From positions 6,758,001 to 6,822,000 of the forward strand of contig OZ176050.1 of assembly GCA_964247055.1 (NCBI GenBank): 64,000 bases of DNA, read 5' to 3'. The position numbers and the translations under genes were made by a program. Position 1 is the stretch's first letter. Each line of letters opens with the position of its first letter. The stretch comes from Paragordius varius. Lineage: Eukaryota > Animalia > Nematomorpha. This document shows positions 12,831-25,240 of this stretch, in pieces. Under the pieces are notes generated by a model that was given only the letters and a program-made list of their open reading frames with translations, had not been told where the DNA came from and ran no database searches.

Positions 12831-14170
12831 TTATGAAGTCTCTGGAAATGTCCTATTAGTATAATCTTCAAGTGTAATGTATTCTCTCTCTCCGTGCCTT
12901 ATTATTGATAAAATATTTTAGTGCAAATATGTTAAATCTTTGGCCAAATCGGTACCATATTTTGTGCCTCAAATAAATATATTGTGAGGTTATGATTCCT
13001 AAAATGTGAGTAAAAAATCTGTTAAGCTTGTTTACAAATTTCATACTTTATACGTGTAAAATTTTATCCACACTGTATCAATATAATATAATTCAATTTT
13101 AAGCCATTAGTATTATTTCTTAAAAATGGTTGCTGAATTAAAGGTCAAATAACTGGAATCTAATAACCATTCCGGTTCTAATTCTGTTATAAAAAAATGC
13201 GAAGATATATATTCTTATATTTCGTTTTAAGCTATGTATTCATTGAAATGTTATAACACATCATTGTGAAATCGCACCAACACCAAATTTTTATTGTTAA
13301 AATCAGGCTAAAAGATCTAATACATAAAAACATTTCATTATTAATTTTTAATCATTTAATCATTGGATCAAATTTTAGTCTTTTTTTGTTTTTATTACAC
13401 CATTTAATTCATTTAAATGCATTGCTAGATCATTTTTGTATCATTTTTTATTCAACAAATTATTGCTTTAGAGGTTATCTAACATTTTTAATTCATTAAT
13501 TAATTTATATAATACGGATCTTTAAAAATTTTTTTAACAAATTATATTTTTTTGATAATAGACCTATCCTCAAAGAAATGGTTGCTTCCAATACATTAGA
13601 GTCCAGGATTCGAAATCATCGACATAATTTGCAAAGAAATTAGTTTAAAATATTTATTCATATGGATTAGTTTATGTAATAAATTATAATTTATTAAATT
13701 TTTTTCTTCCGGTATACATATTTGTTTGTGTCAACAATTTAACCTTGAATACTCTGAGAAGCTCTTTTTTACCTGTCTTTCATATTTCATTTTTTGGATG
13801 TGTGTAAAAAATCAATATTTTACTAGATATATATAATATGTCTTAATGTATAAGCTCTGTTCTCTGTGTACATGCACACATAGAATGTATATCGATTTTT
13901 AAGCATTTCTGTTATTGATGATTCATTAGGTATGTATGTTGCATTTCTTCTTTTTGGTCTCATCTGGGAATTGGTGATTTTATAATTATCATTAATAAAA
14001 GTTTTGTGATGGTTATATTTCCCAAAGATTCTAAACTAAATACTTTTTTAGCATTCATTCTAAATACCGCTAAAATTTTTAATCCAAATCATGTAGGAAT
14101 GTTTGGTCTGCTTTACTTGAATTTACTCTTCAATTTTAATATGTCATTTTGAAAAGTACCATTATTTTGC

Positions 14171-17100
14171 ATGTTACAGCGAAAACCTCTTTTAAAACCA
14201 ACGACCCAATTATTTTTATATCATAAAACCGCCACGAGTGAAGAAGACATTTTAACGAATAACTTTTTTGGATCAGAGGTTGAAAGCCAAAAAGAACAAT
14301 TATTACGTAATACAACTGGTGATGCTGGTAGAAAGCGTGCCAACAATAAAAGGAAATTGCACAGAAAATTGAAGTATCGATATTCTTCGATTCGTTCTAG
14401 TGATGTTTCTGGCATAAAATTTTTACGGTTTTTAACTCCAATCATACTAATCATTTTTGTGTTAATTATAATATTAATCATAGTTATTGAAGTTTTATTG
14501 ATTCAAAAATCGGTGTCCCAAAATTTGTATACACATTCTTCACAGTTTACAAATAAATTATATCAAGGATATAATCATTTTCCATACAAATTCAATAAAG
14601 TTGATTATGAAAGAGGGAAACGCCGACGAATCCCTTTGACTAATTATAAATTGTGGGATGATATTGGTGATTATCAATATTATGACGTTTATAAAGCGAC
14701 ACATGATAAATTAGATACTTTGGATTGGAATAATCATATATATTCACCTTTTTCAAATGTTCTTTTACGCCCCGAACCTCCACAAAATTTAGTTCATAAA
14801 AATAAGGTCTCCTCTTCACAACTAAATGGTAATCACATTTATAATTATATAAATTACAATTATAAACCGAGTATATATGCCAACCTAAATCAATACAAAA
14901 GTATATCTTCTCACAATCAACTAACGAAAAATATATTTGCTGGTCATGATTCGCCTTTATCTTACGTATTAGATCATAATTATCATAATCAAACCCATGA
15001 TTCAATAAGTAAACAAAGTCACTCAAAATCAAAAGAAACATTGTCTACGCAGCGATCTTTGATCTACAAAAATGCTCCATACACTATGTCAACCAAAAAT
15101 GTTGATATTCCAAGCACCTCATCAAATAATTTTGATATCCTTCCCCTTTTAAGTAAAGGGAAACGGCCATCAATATATTATAATTATATACTAATGAATC
15201 ATGTTCGCAACGTTATGCGAATTCAACAAATTTTAACCGAGGAATACCCAATGTATGTGCAAGTGAAGAAAATAAGCAATATAGAAACGAATTCAAACGC
15301 ATCGAAAATTGCTCAATCACTTTTATCGTGTTCAGGTCATAAAATTGCTCAGCCTCGATATTTATGTTATCCAGTACCATCTTTTTTGGGTAATAATTAT
15401 ATGTAAAACGAAAATATTCAATTACTTGAAGACTAATAAAACTTTGTTGTCACAATTCAAAAATTGTTTATGATTATTTTTTAAAATGTATATAAATTAT
15501 TTAATTTTAAATGAAATATATTAATTTAGTTAACAAAACTTCGAAGAATATCAATCGTGATACGACGGATTCACAATCGATATTACAATATAATGGTTCT
15601 TCTTCATGGCGATTATTAGCAGAGAAAATGAAAAATGATGTTATGTTGGGTGGATATTGGAAGCCCAAATCATGCATTTCACGACACAAAATTGCTATAA
15701 TAATCCCATATCGTGACAGAAATGATCATTTATTTCACTTACTCTCCGCTTTACATCCATTTCTCCAGCGTCAAGAAATATCTTACAGAATTTATGTGGT
15801 TGAACAGGTTAAGATACATAAATTTGAGATTTTTTACATTTTATATATATTAAAATAGTCATTTATTAAATTCATTATCATTGTAACCTAAACCTGATTT
15901 CTTATCGGCATTAGTTTTTGAATAATTTAACAAATCTAATTTTCCCATCGGGAAAGGTACAACATCCAATTACAAAAACCAAGTTTCGCTATATAAAAGG
16001 TGTGCCGTAAGACTGTAGTGTATATCCTAAGGCGCCTTGCCTTATTTTTTCCTAACCGACTAAAAAAATTAAATTGTTCACAAATAAATGTTGCCGCACT
16101 TCCTAAACTATTACAAATATTGATTAAAAATTTGCACCGATAAATATTTTATAAGTGGGTTAAATATTTTGCATATTAAATGCGTTTTTGCAAATCCAAA
16201 CTATTTATTAAATAAGAGTTATCGTTTCGCACATTAAATTCTAACTGGTTTTAACAGATGACAAATATTTAATTGTCTTATATTTATGGCCATTATTACA
16301 AAGGTTGGTACGGACACTTTCAACAAGGGCATGTTAATGAATGCCGGTTTCAAAGAGGCCTTTATGGAGGCCTCGGTACGATACGATTGCTACTTCTTCC
16401 ATGATGTAGATTTGATTCCAGAAAATATACAGAATATGTATTCTTGTTCAAACCAACCAAAGCACATGTCCGTTGCAGTTGATGAAATGGGATACAGGTA
16501 GCATACTTATATTGAAATATCTTTAAAAACAATTTTAATTTAGTTTTTTCCTTAAGTTAAACAAAACTATTTTAGGCAATAAAAAAAGCATTATTCACAT
16601 TTAAACTAAAAACTAATTTTTATCACTTTAATGGTGTTTTCTTTGAAAAATATCCTTGAATCATAAAAATTAAAAATATAATTTTACAAATTTTAAATAT
16701 TTTGTAGTTTATCCAAATCGAATAAACACTAATATTATAATCTTAATTACTAATATTAATTATTATTTCTAAAAATGATACCCTATGACGTATTTTCTTG
16801 AAATTTATTCCGTAGAAACCTTTTTATCAGCTGACAAATGAAAAATCAACCTTTTTGGAAAAAATAAGCGTTCAATGAATGACAAAATGTTTGGGCTTTT
16901 TGATGTTTATTATATTGTCAAATCTTTATACTCCTTCAAGAGTTTTTCTTCATTTCACATGTTAAATATTACTTGATTAATCAAATCATCCTATAGGCCT
17001 TTTAACTCAAATTACGTGATTAGGGGACCTAAGTTTTTTGTATTAACTAAACTTTCTTAGACATTAAATATAATAATGTCTTTTACTTTAATTATACTAT

Positions 17101-19020
17101 ATTTGTTTCGATCGTTAAAAAACTATTACTTGTTTTTTATGTCAATTCATATTACATTGACTCTTATAATTTTAAAATAGTTGTTTAATTAGGGTTAAGA
17201 CTTTTACCATTTATCTGGCATGACCTTGTTAGGTATTAATCATCGTGATAGACTATTTTAAAACATTTGTGCGAGTTTAAACGCCTGATAGATAAATAAT
17301 TAATAATTATGATTTTAAAAATTGATAAAAACAGTAAATATAACGTGTTAGAAATTTAATAAGAGTCAAATTTTATGTCAGGGCTGACGCAAACAGCGGA
17401 TATTCAACATATATCAAGTTGCTATTAAACTATAGCAATTTAAAGTAAATTATTTGCATTTCATAATAATCATATACAGTTATTTGGCTGTAGCACTAGC
17501 GATTTAAAAAAAATTATAGAAGAAAAATGGCGGCAAAAATGTTTAAGATGAGCATTATGTTACAATTATACATTTTCTAAGATTTTTTGGTATAAGGCCA
17601 CCAAAAGGCTAAAGAAAGCATATTTTCGAATTCCGCTAATACCTTAAATACCTTTAAGATATTTAAATTTGGGATATAAAACTAACCCAAAAGCTAATGG
17701 AGTGTTAAATCGTAAATACTAATTTGTCCTTAATATAAAACTAATTTGAACGGTTAACTTCATTTTGTTTATTAGCAGCAACTACATTTTACATTAGTAA
17801 AGATGAGTTCTGATCTAGAGGTACTATATTCATAAGCAGTCAGACCCGTTATTTATTTGACGGTCAAAACCCACGATATACATAATAGTTAACAGCTATT
17901 TTTCTTCTATTATTTCTCATTGAATTATTTTCTATAAGGATTGTGTTATTTCGACTAATAAATATGGATTATTATCAATATTATTCATTCGTTTTAAAAG
18001 CGGAATACTTTAAGGAAATATAATCAAATAATAAGTCACTCAATAAATAATGATTTTTATTGCTTGGATGCTTACTTTTTAACCCATTAATATAACTATT
18101 AGGCTTAAATATCAAATGTTGGTTGGTGGAGTGCTCATGTTCAGACCTGAACACTTCATTAAAGTAAATGGATATTCCAACTTGTATTGGGGTTGGGGCG
18201 CCGAGGATGATGATATGGCCTACAGGTTATTTTAAATATTATTTATACATGAGAAAGGTTTTTAGTAATTAATTTAGCTTTTAAATATGTTTTCCTTAAA
18301 AAACTAAATCTATATATACGAAATTGGCACTAAATAACACATTAAGTCATTATTATTACATTAAAAAATTGCATGACATAATTGTGATTATGACATTCAG
18401 TATGAGAAAATCGATATTTTACAAAATTCGCTTTTATTCCCTTACGTATAAATATATTATTCGCGTGATTGATTCTAATTAAATTAATGGTATTTAGAAT
18501 GCAATATATGAACCTACATGTCATAAGACCACCGGAATGGATTGGCCGTTATCACATGATAAAACATACAAAACGAACACCCATCGAACTGATCAAGAGG
18601 TATAGTTGTTAAAACCATCAAAATTTTATATTAAATATATTTTGCAATTTATATATTATTAATTTATGAAAAGGTAAAAATTTTACCCGATATTAATAAA
18701 AAAAGTAATAAAATGGTGGTTATTAAAATAGGTTCGTAAATTTTTGGCTCTAATTATGAATAAGGTTTTTAAATTTTTCCGTTTACCCTTTTCCATATAA
18801 AATTTGGCCCTTATAAACCTGAAAAAAGTAAAACGCCTTTATATACATATATTCTCAACATTGTTATTCCATTAGATACAAATTATTAACGACGGGTATG
18901 CGAAGGATTCAAATTGATGGACTAAATTCATTAACTTACAAACTTATTAAACGTATTAATAAACTCCTATATACTCACTTAATGATAGATGTAGGCCACA
19001 TGCCAGTTACTTATAAATAG
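14171..19020 (+). CDS. Beta-1,4-galactosyltransferase family (GT7) type II membrane enzyme, probably a beta-1,4-GalNAc transferase (bre-4-like)
   Basis: Exons 14171-15389, 15530-15807, 16304-16497, 18103-18225, 18498-18599 and 18876-19020 are all GT-AG and in phase. Features: a TM helix, a long stem, HKIAIIIPYRDR, FNKGMLMNAG, FHDVDLIP (DxD), YWGWGAEDDD, GRYHMIKH and DGLNSL. Confidence 0.92.
17450..17708. repeat. Second TTAA-ending repeat family (piggyBac-like end), in B4GALT intron 3
   Basis: Ends ...TAATGGAGTG|TTAA. Similar to ~58120-58303 and, reverse-complemented, ~54170-54290. The other boundary is not resolved. Confidence 0.45.
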
Positions 19021-19430
19021 TTTGGGGGCGAATCGGAACTTATTAACAGAAATTGAGCCAACAATCGGCATCATCTATTTTGGATAAAAGTGTGTGATTA
19101 TCATATTGTGTGATTTAGTACATATAGAGAAAAAATTATATTTATTACATATATATAAATAAATTTAAATAATTTGTTTGATTGTAATAAGTAATATATA
19201 GTTATTGCACTAAAAGAAATTTGTTATAAAATAATCTAACTTTGTTTTAAAAAATAAATATTTTTTGCAGGTAAAATAATGTGTTGATTATCGTCAAATA
19301 TTGCATAATTTGGATTCTTAGGCTCTAATTAATAAATGTGAGATCTATTTTGTAAAAGAGTAAATCATAAAAGGTAATTGCGAAATTGGAAATATTGGAT
19401 CATTATATATTCAAAATAAAAAATTTTATG

Positions 19431-20899
19431 CTAAAGATTTTCTAATTTATGAAGTTTTTGAGTTTCTTCCTCAGGACTTAATATGACAACAAATTTTTTA
19501 ATTTCCTTTAACCGTTTGAAGGCATTTTCATTGAATGGATTTGATCGAAAATTGCATAGTTTTAATGTATCCAGTTTGTGTAATTCGTCCAAATGAGTTG
19601 TAGGTATCTCTAAAAAAACATATATTTCAAGTTAATTTTGTCATATTATATTATACAAAATTCTGAATTTTTTATAAAATTGATTGACCATAAAATTTCC
19701 CAATTTATTAAGGAATAACGTAACCGATAATAATTCACAAAAAAATCTATTTATGATTTAAAACCACTATCATTAATAAAAAAATAAAATGCAAAAAAGT
19801 CATATCTACCATATTAAAAAATGCAAAAAAACGCTTTAATTTGCCAAAAAACTAAAATATCAGTTTTATGTCCATATATGGGCCTAAAAATAATCGGTCC
19901 TAAGAACTATATTCTATTTTTTGTATTTGTCTAAAAATAAAGTTAAAAATACCTTGAAAATAATTAATTTGAGCATGTAAATGGGTTAATTTTTTGAAGG
20001 CAAAAATCACAGTTGGAAGCGTGTTGAAGGAATTTTGTGATATATCAATACGACGTAATGGAGTTATTTCTTTCAAGCCTTCTGGTAATGCGTTTAAATT
20101 ATTACCAGACAAATCCAAACCTATAGTTTACGTGAAAATTAAATATTGAACAATATTTAGTTAATTTAAATAATACAATATTAAAAAATTCCATCTTTAA
20201 TTATTTTTTTCCTAAAATTTTTAAAATTGTATACCCATATGAAAATCGGCCCAATCAACGATATAATTTCAAATAGTCATGCGCGTTAATTATCATATTT
20301 CATACAAAGAAATCACAAAATTTAGATATCCGATTCCATTCTTAAACAATCATTACATTCCTAGTAAAACTACTTTGTTTTAATTAACACATAAATAATG
20401 CTGATTCAATCTATTAAAAAAGTGTCAAATAACGACCAACTCTATAATGAATCAAGATCTTACCGATGTATCAATTTAACAGAGTAAAATATTTACGTTG
20501 AAAAAATTAGTAAAAGATATTTTAATATTATAACCATATATATATTAGGTAATAAAATACATAGATAAAACAAATTGTAAAAAATAAAAACATACTGACT
20601 AAAAATCGGAATTTAACACCAAACTTTGGAGGAATTGTCTTAATTATATTTTGTGATAAATTACAATCAAAACAGTTGGTATCACGTAAAAGAAAGAATA
20701 TTGCATCAGGGAATGACTTTAATAAACACTTTGACAAATCTAATCATTAAAAATAATTTACCCAGCTTTTTATTTTGTTTGGCTCTTTCACATCTTTTCA
20801 CAACTCTTGTAACTGCTTTCCCTTGTTCACTTAATCTATAAGTAAATAAATCAATAATACAAACTTTTTTAAATCCACCGATGGATCAAGTTGGATCAT
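19431..20899 (-). CDS. LRRC20: Leucine-rich repeat-containing protein 20
   Basis: Exons 20899-20865, 20835-20762, 20739-20596, 20120-19953 and 19609-19431 give AVTRVVKRCERAKQNKKLDLSKCLLKSFPDAIFFLLRDT...NIIKTIPPKFGVKF...DISQNSFNTLP, matching invertebrate LRRC20 as recalled. Introns are 29, 22, 475 and 343 nt. Exon 1 is inferred from frame only. Confidence 0.85.
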
Positions 20900-20980
20900 T
20901 TTTAAAAAATTAAACAATAATGGTTTATGAATGAAGCAATATCATACATAAAAAAACGCGCCGTATTCGAATATAAAATA
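20900..20980. promoter_or_regulatory. Putative compact bidirectional promoter between LRRC20 and CHAF1B
   Basis: The two inferred ATGs (20899 on minus, 20981 on plus) are head-to-head and 81 bp apart. The interval contains one CG-rich motif, ACGCGCCG, at about 20956. Confidence 0.5.
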
Positions 20981-23900
20981 ATGAAAATATTTTGCCCTGA
21001 AATAGCGTGGCATGAATGTGATGCCATTTATTCCGTAGATATTGATCCAAAAAATAATGAAAATAATGGATATATATTTGCAACTGCTGGGATAGATACG
21101 ATAATACGAGTATATATATTTATTAAATTAAACAATAGATTTGGAAGTTAGGAAACATTCAAGCAGACATTGAGATTCGTCTTTTGCTAGAATTAAAGCG
21201 ACATCAAAAGACTATAAACAAGTTAAAATACAGTCCTGACGGAAATTATTTAGCTTCTGCCGATGATGAGGGCACCGTTTGTTTATGGCAAAGGTCTAAA
21301 GATGCAACCGAATATATTTTTACACTGGCTAGCGTTTTCAGGTGATTCTTTAAAGTTTGATCTATTTTAATCGGCTTTAAATACCTTTTAAAATTTTAAT
21401 TATTAACTATTTTTTTTGTTTAATTATTTTTTGTTGCCATTTATACATTGATATTGAAATATTAATCAGTCCCTACGTTATAAAGTTATCTTACAATATG
21501 GCTCTAAATTAACCTATATGTAACATTTTATTTTAAAAATGTTTACCCAAGTTTAAATATGACTGGAAAAAAAAAATATTTTTGATGTGATATAGACCCC
21601 ATTTGGAGGATATATGTGATTTAGCCTGGTCACCAAACAATGATAAATTAGTAACTGTTTCTCATGATACTGACTGCATTATATGGGATGTTGAAAAGGG
21701 TAAAATTTTTCACACCTTCAAAGAACATAAAGATTTTATTCAAGGTGCATGTTGGGATCCTCACAAATCATTTTTGGTAACGCTAAGTAGAGATAGGTAT
21801 ATTTCATAGTTGTTATATTTAGAACTTGTCGCATAATAAATGTGCAAACGAAGCAAACAATCCACAAATTATTAAAATGTAGCCTTGTTTTCCTCAGCCA
21901 AAATGAAAAGGAAACGGATAAAAATGTATATTACAATGTTTTTTAATTTAAATACTAATGTGCTGTAAAAAATATTTCTGACATATTTTATTTCAAATTG
22001 ATTCTGTATAATTTTATATATGCATTTGAATCTTTTTTTGGCAGACCAATCTTGTTTTTACCTCATGTAAAAAAGCTTTTATTCTTGCACAAATTAAATA
22101 TACTCAAAAAATGCTTATTTTAAATTATTTGCCCTCTATACATAATGTATATCATCAAAGCTCTTCTTCAAATAAAAATAGCTGAATCGAGATAGCTTTT
22201 TATTTTGGTTTCCAATTGTTTCTAATTTCCAGATCTTCTATTTAATTTGGCCACAGTAGGGTCGTATTTTGTACTGAGCTAACTTTTGAAGGTTTTCTTA
22301 GGTTTTAAGCTTGTTGTGGAGTAGGACATCATCATTGTATGGATATTTACCTTGGGGTCTATGATGGATATGAGGAACCATCTTGGTTTTTTGGCCCTTA
22401 ATAAGGGCTCAAGAGCCATGGTGATTTTGAGGATTTTGTAGGGATCAAATTGATTATTAAAATTTTCATCATGAAAAAAACTTCTTGCGTGCGAATTATT
22501 TTGAATTCGACCAATGATAATTAGTGATAAATTCGAATATAAAATTTGACCTTTTTGTGCGGTGAAATTCTATGGTATATGTTGGGTAAATATTTTTTTT
22601 GCAATCTAGACAAATTCTTTGGCCCAAACACATTTGTTTTACGATGAAAATATACGAACTTTTTTCCGACGTCCGACATTTAGTCCATGTGGATCCCTAT
22701 TATTTGTTCCATCCGGATGCATAGAAACGGCCAATAAAATACAACCTGTTACATACATTTTTGGACGCTCAAATTTACATACCCCGAGTAAGATACTTTA
22801 TATTTTACGATTATACTTTTTCAATGGCCATATTTGTGAAAGACTTACTGTTGATATCTTGTTTGGAAAAAAATAATCGGCTTCTTAAATAAATTATTTA
22901 AACAAAATTTAACGATATGTGGAACACTTTAATAGCAATTACAGACTACTTTAATACATTTTTAAACTCATCAATTTATTTGATCTGTATTTCTTAATAT
23001 CCATTTCGTATATATATATATTTATATATATATATATATATATATATAAACCTTGCGACATAAGTATAATTGATGTCGAGACACAATAACACTAAAACTT
23101 AAATAATATCTAATAATTTAACTTAAATACTGTAATCTTTTAAATTATAAAATAATATGATGAATACTTTAGCTTCATATATGAGACCATAAAATGTGTA
23201 ATAGCTATAACGCTATTAAATCTTTTTATTTTAGTTGCATACCTGCCATCCCCAATCAAATGCTCCTCCGTCGTTTCATGTTCTCCAATATTATATAAAT
23301 TGCGAAACGGTTTATCATCATACATTGGGTAATTTTTGACCAATATATAATTGTTAGTTTTATACAGCTAAACCTTTACGATGTCTGTTATAACGAATCG
23401 CAAATCTGCACATGAATAAATTTGCTGTATAAATTGTTAAAAAAGAACTGACATATTTAATACTATATAGGTCAAGCCTAATCATATAAGATTATATAAG
23501 GAAAAAATTGAAATTATCGTTAACTTTGGATATTTTTAAGTTGATGGCTTATAAAAAATTAATTAATAACATTGGGTAGTCTCATTTGAATTAAATAACT
23601 TATATTATTTAGCTAAATGATGAAAAAATTATGCATATTATTCATCATTTATACTTAATTGTCTATTTTAGCTTGCCTTACAGAATCATATTTGCCATTG
23701 CATGTGACAATGCTCTCATGATACACGATACGCAACAATTGAGTCCAATTTACATTATCAAGGATTTACATTATTGGTGGATTAGTGATTTGAGTTGGTA
23801 AGCTTAACACAAATCAATACATAAGAGAATAATGACTTTATTTTATAATACTAACTTTGATTTGAATGAATTAATGTATTTTCAGGAATTCGGTTATAAC

Positions 23901-24866
23901 AGCTCACTATTTATTTGGACCTCAAAAGCAATTATTTTTATAAAAGAATGCTATATAAACTATTCCAATTACTTTTTACTGGTAATATACTTATTTAATT
24001 AACAATTATTTAAAACATAGCAGTCTATAAAACATTTATATAATTTGATTGATAATAAACCTTTGTATATAAAAGTCATAAAAACCAAAAATGCCAATAT
24101 AAACCAGTCTGAGACCCAACTCAATTGTGATACTCGATAACTTTTTAAGTAGGTTATGAATTTTAAGCGAAATATTTTTTAAAAGGTCAAAAGATGGTTT
24201 GATATTAACCGCATCTTCCACCGATGGCTATGTGAGCATTTTAACATTTCAACCAAACGAATTGGGTGAAGTTTATGAGGAGTCGCAGATGGTAACGAGC
24301 CCTTGTTGGCCTGAAACGGTATTTATCTACACTTGATATAAAAAATGTTTTTATATAAAATAAGAAATGTCATGGAATTAATATTAAACTAAACGAAAAA
24401 ATTTCCATTTTAATCAATCTTTTCAGTTGTATTTCCATAAATTTTTCATCTGAATTGTTATTAACATTATTGTAGGGAATGTAAGTTTATACATAAATGC
24501 TTTAATTTATAAAATCAAACAATATTTGATATAATTATAGTAATGCGAATCATTCTTATTATTTAAGTTCTAAATTACATTAAACGATATTTCACCTTAT
24601 TGTTTTAGCATGGGTCAATCGAATCCAAAATAGAAAGCACTGCAAACCAAAATGAAGTGAATGAGGTGGTATTATGCGAAGAAAAAATGGTTGTTGAAAA
24701 TATTAGTAAGGAAGAACAAAATGATAAACTTATTCAACAAAATGGTGATGAGAAAAATGCGCCCATATGTCTTACATCTCAAGAACAAACGATTAAAACA
24801 GCTGATGGCTCAACCGTCAAAAAACGTCGTATTACACCAATAACAATTCAAACAACTGCCTTATAA
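20981..24866 (+). CDS. CHAF1B: Chromatin assembly factor 1 subunit B (p60, WD40)
   Basis: Exons 20981-21109, 21139-21341, 21596-21796, 21823-21925, 22610-22787, 23235-23328, 23672-23797, 24186-24291 and 24609-24866. Motifs: MKIFCPEIAWHE, GIDTIIR|IWK, HLEDICDLAWSP, LFYDENIRTFFRRPTFSP, LPYRIIFAIA, SSTDGY and a C-terminal ASF1-binding B-domain-like KKRRITP. An upstream in-frame ATG exists at 20927. Confidence 0.93.
23010..23048. repeat. (TA)n microsatellite
   Basis: Direct reading. Other TA tracts lie at about 43417-43442, 45348-45375, 47442-47464 and 60152-60173. Confidence 0.9.
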
Positions 24867-25240
24867 ATCATTTCATTATTTGTATATAAATAAAAATATT
24901 TTTTATTACATATAAATACTATAAAATAATAATATACAATAAGTTTTTCATATAATTTCGATATATCCTATCATATAGGGTACAATATCATTGCGAATTA
25001 AAAGTGAAAATTTCCTGATTAAACACGCTATGGCTTTGGAATTTAAAATGCATATTTAAATTTAAATATTTTTAGAAGTTGTATATGGTGGGACTACATG
25101 AGTAATGTTTTATGGTGTAATAAATGCTGGTACTAAGCCTTTTTCCCGCTTGTCTCATGAATTATAAAGATGCAAAAAACCTGTTTGCATTTTTTGAAAT
25201 TCTGTAACGCTGTTTTTTCATTTACTCTAGTCACAAATTT

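Noticed and set aside
22180-22520. Coding-like minus-strand stretch in CHAF1B intron 4 (possible retroelement relic or nested gene)
   Set aside because: Multiple stops, no diagnostic RT or integrase motif, and no consistent splice structure.
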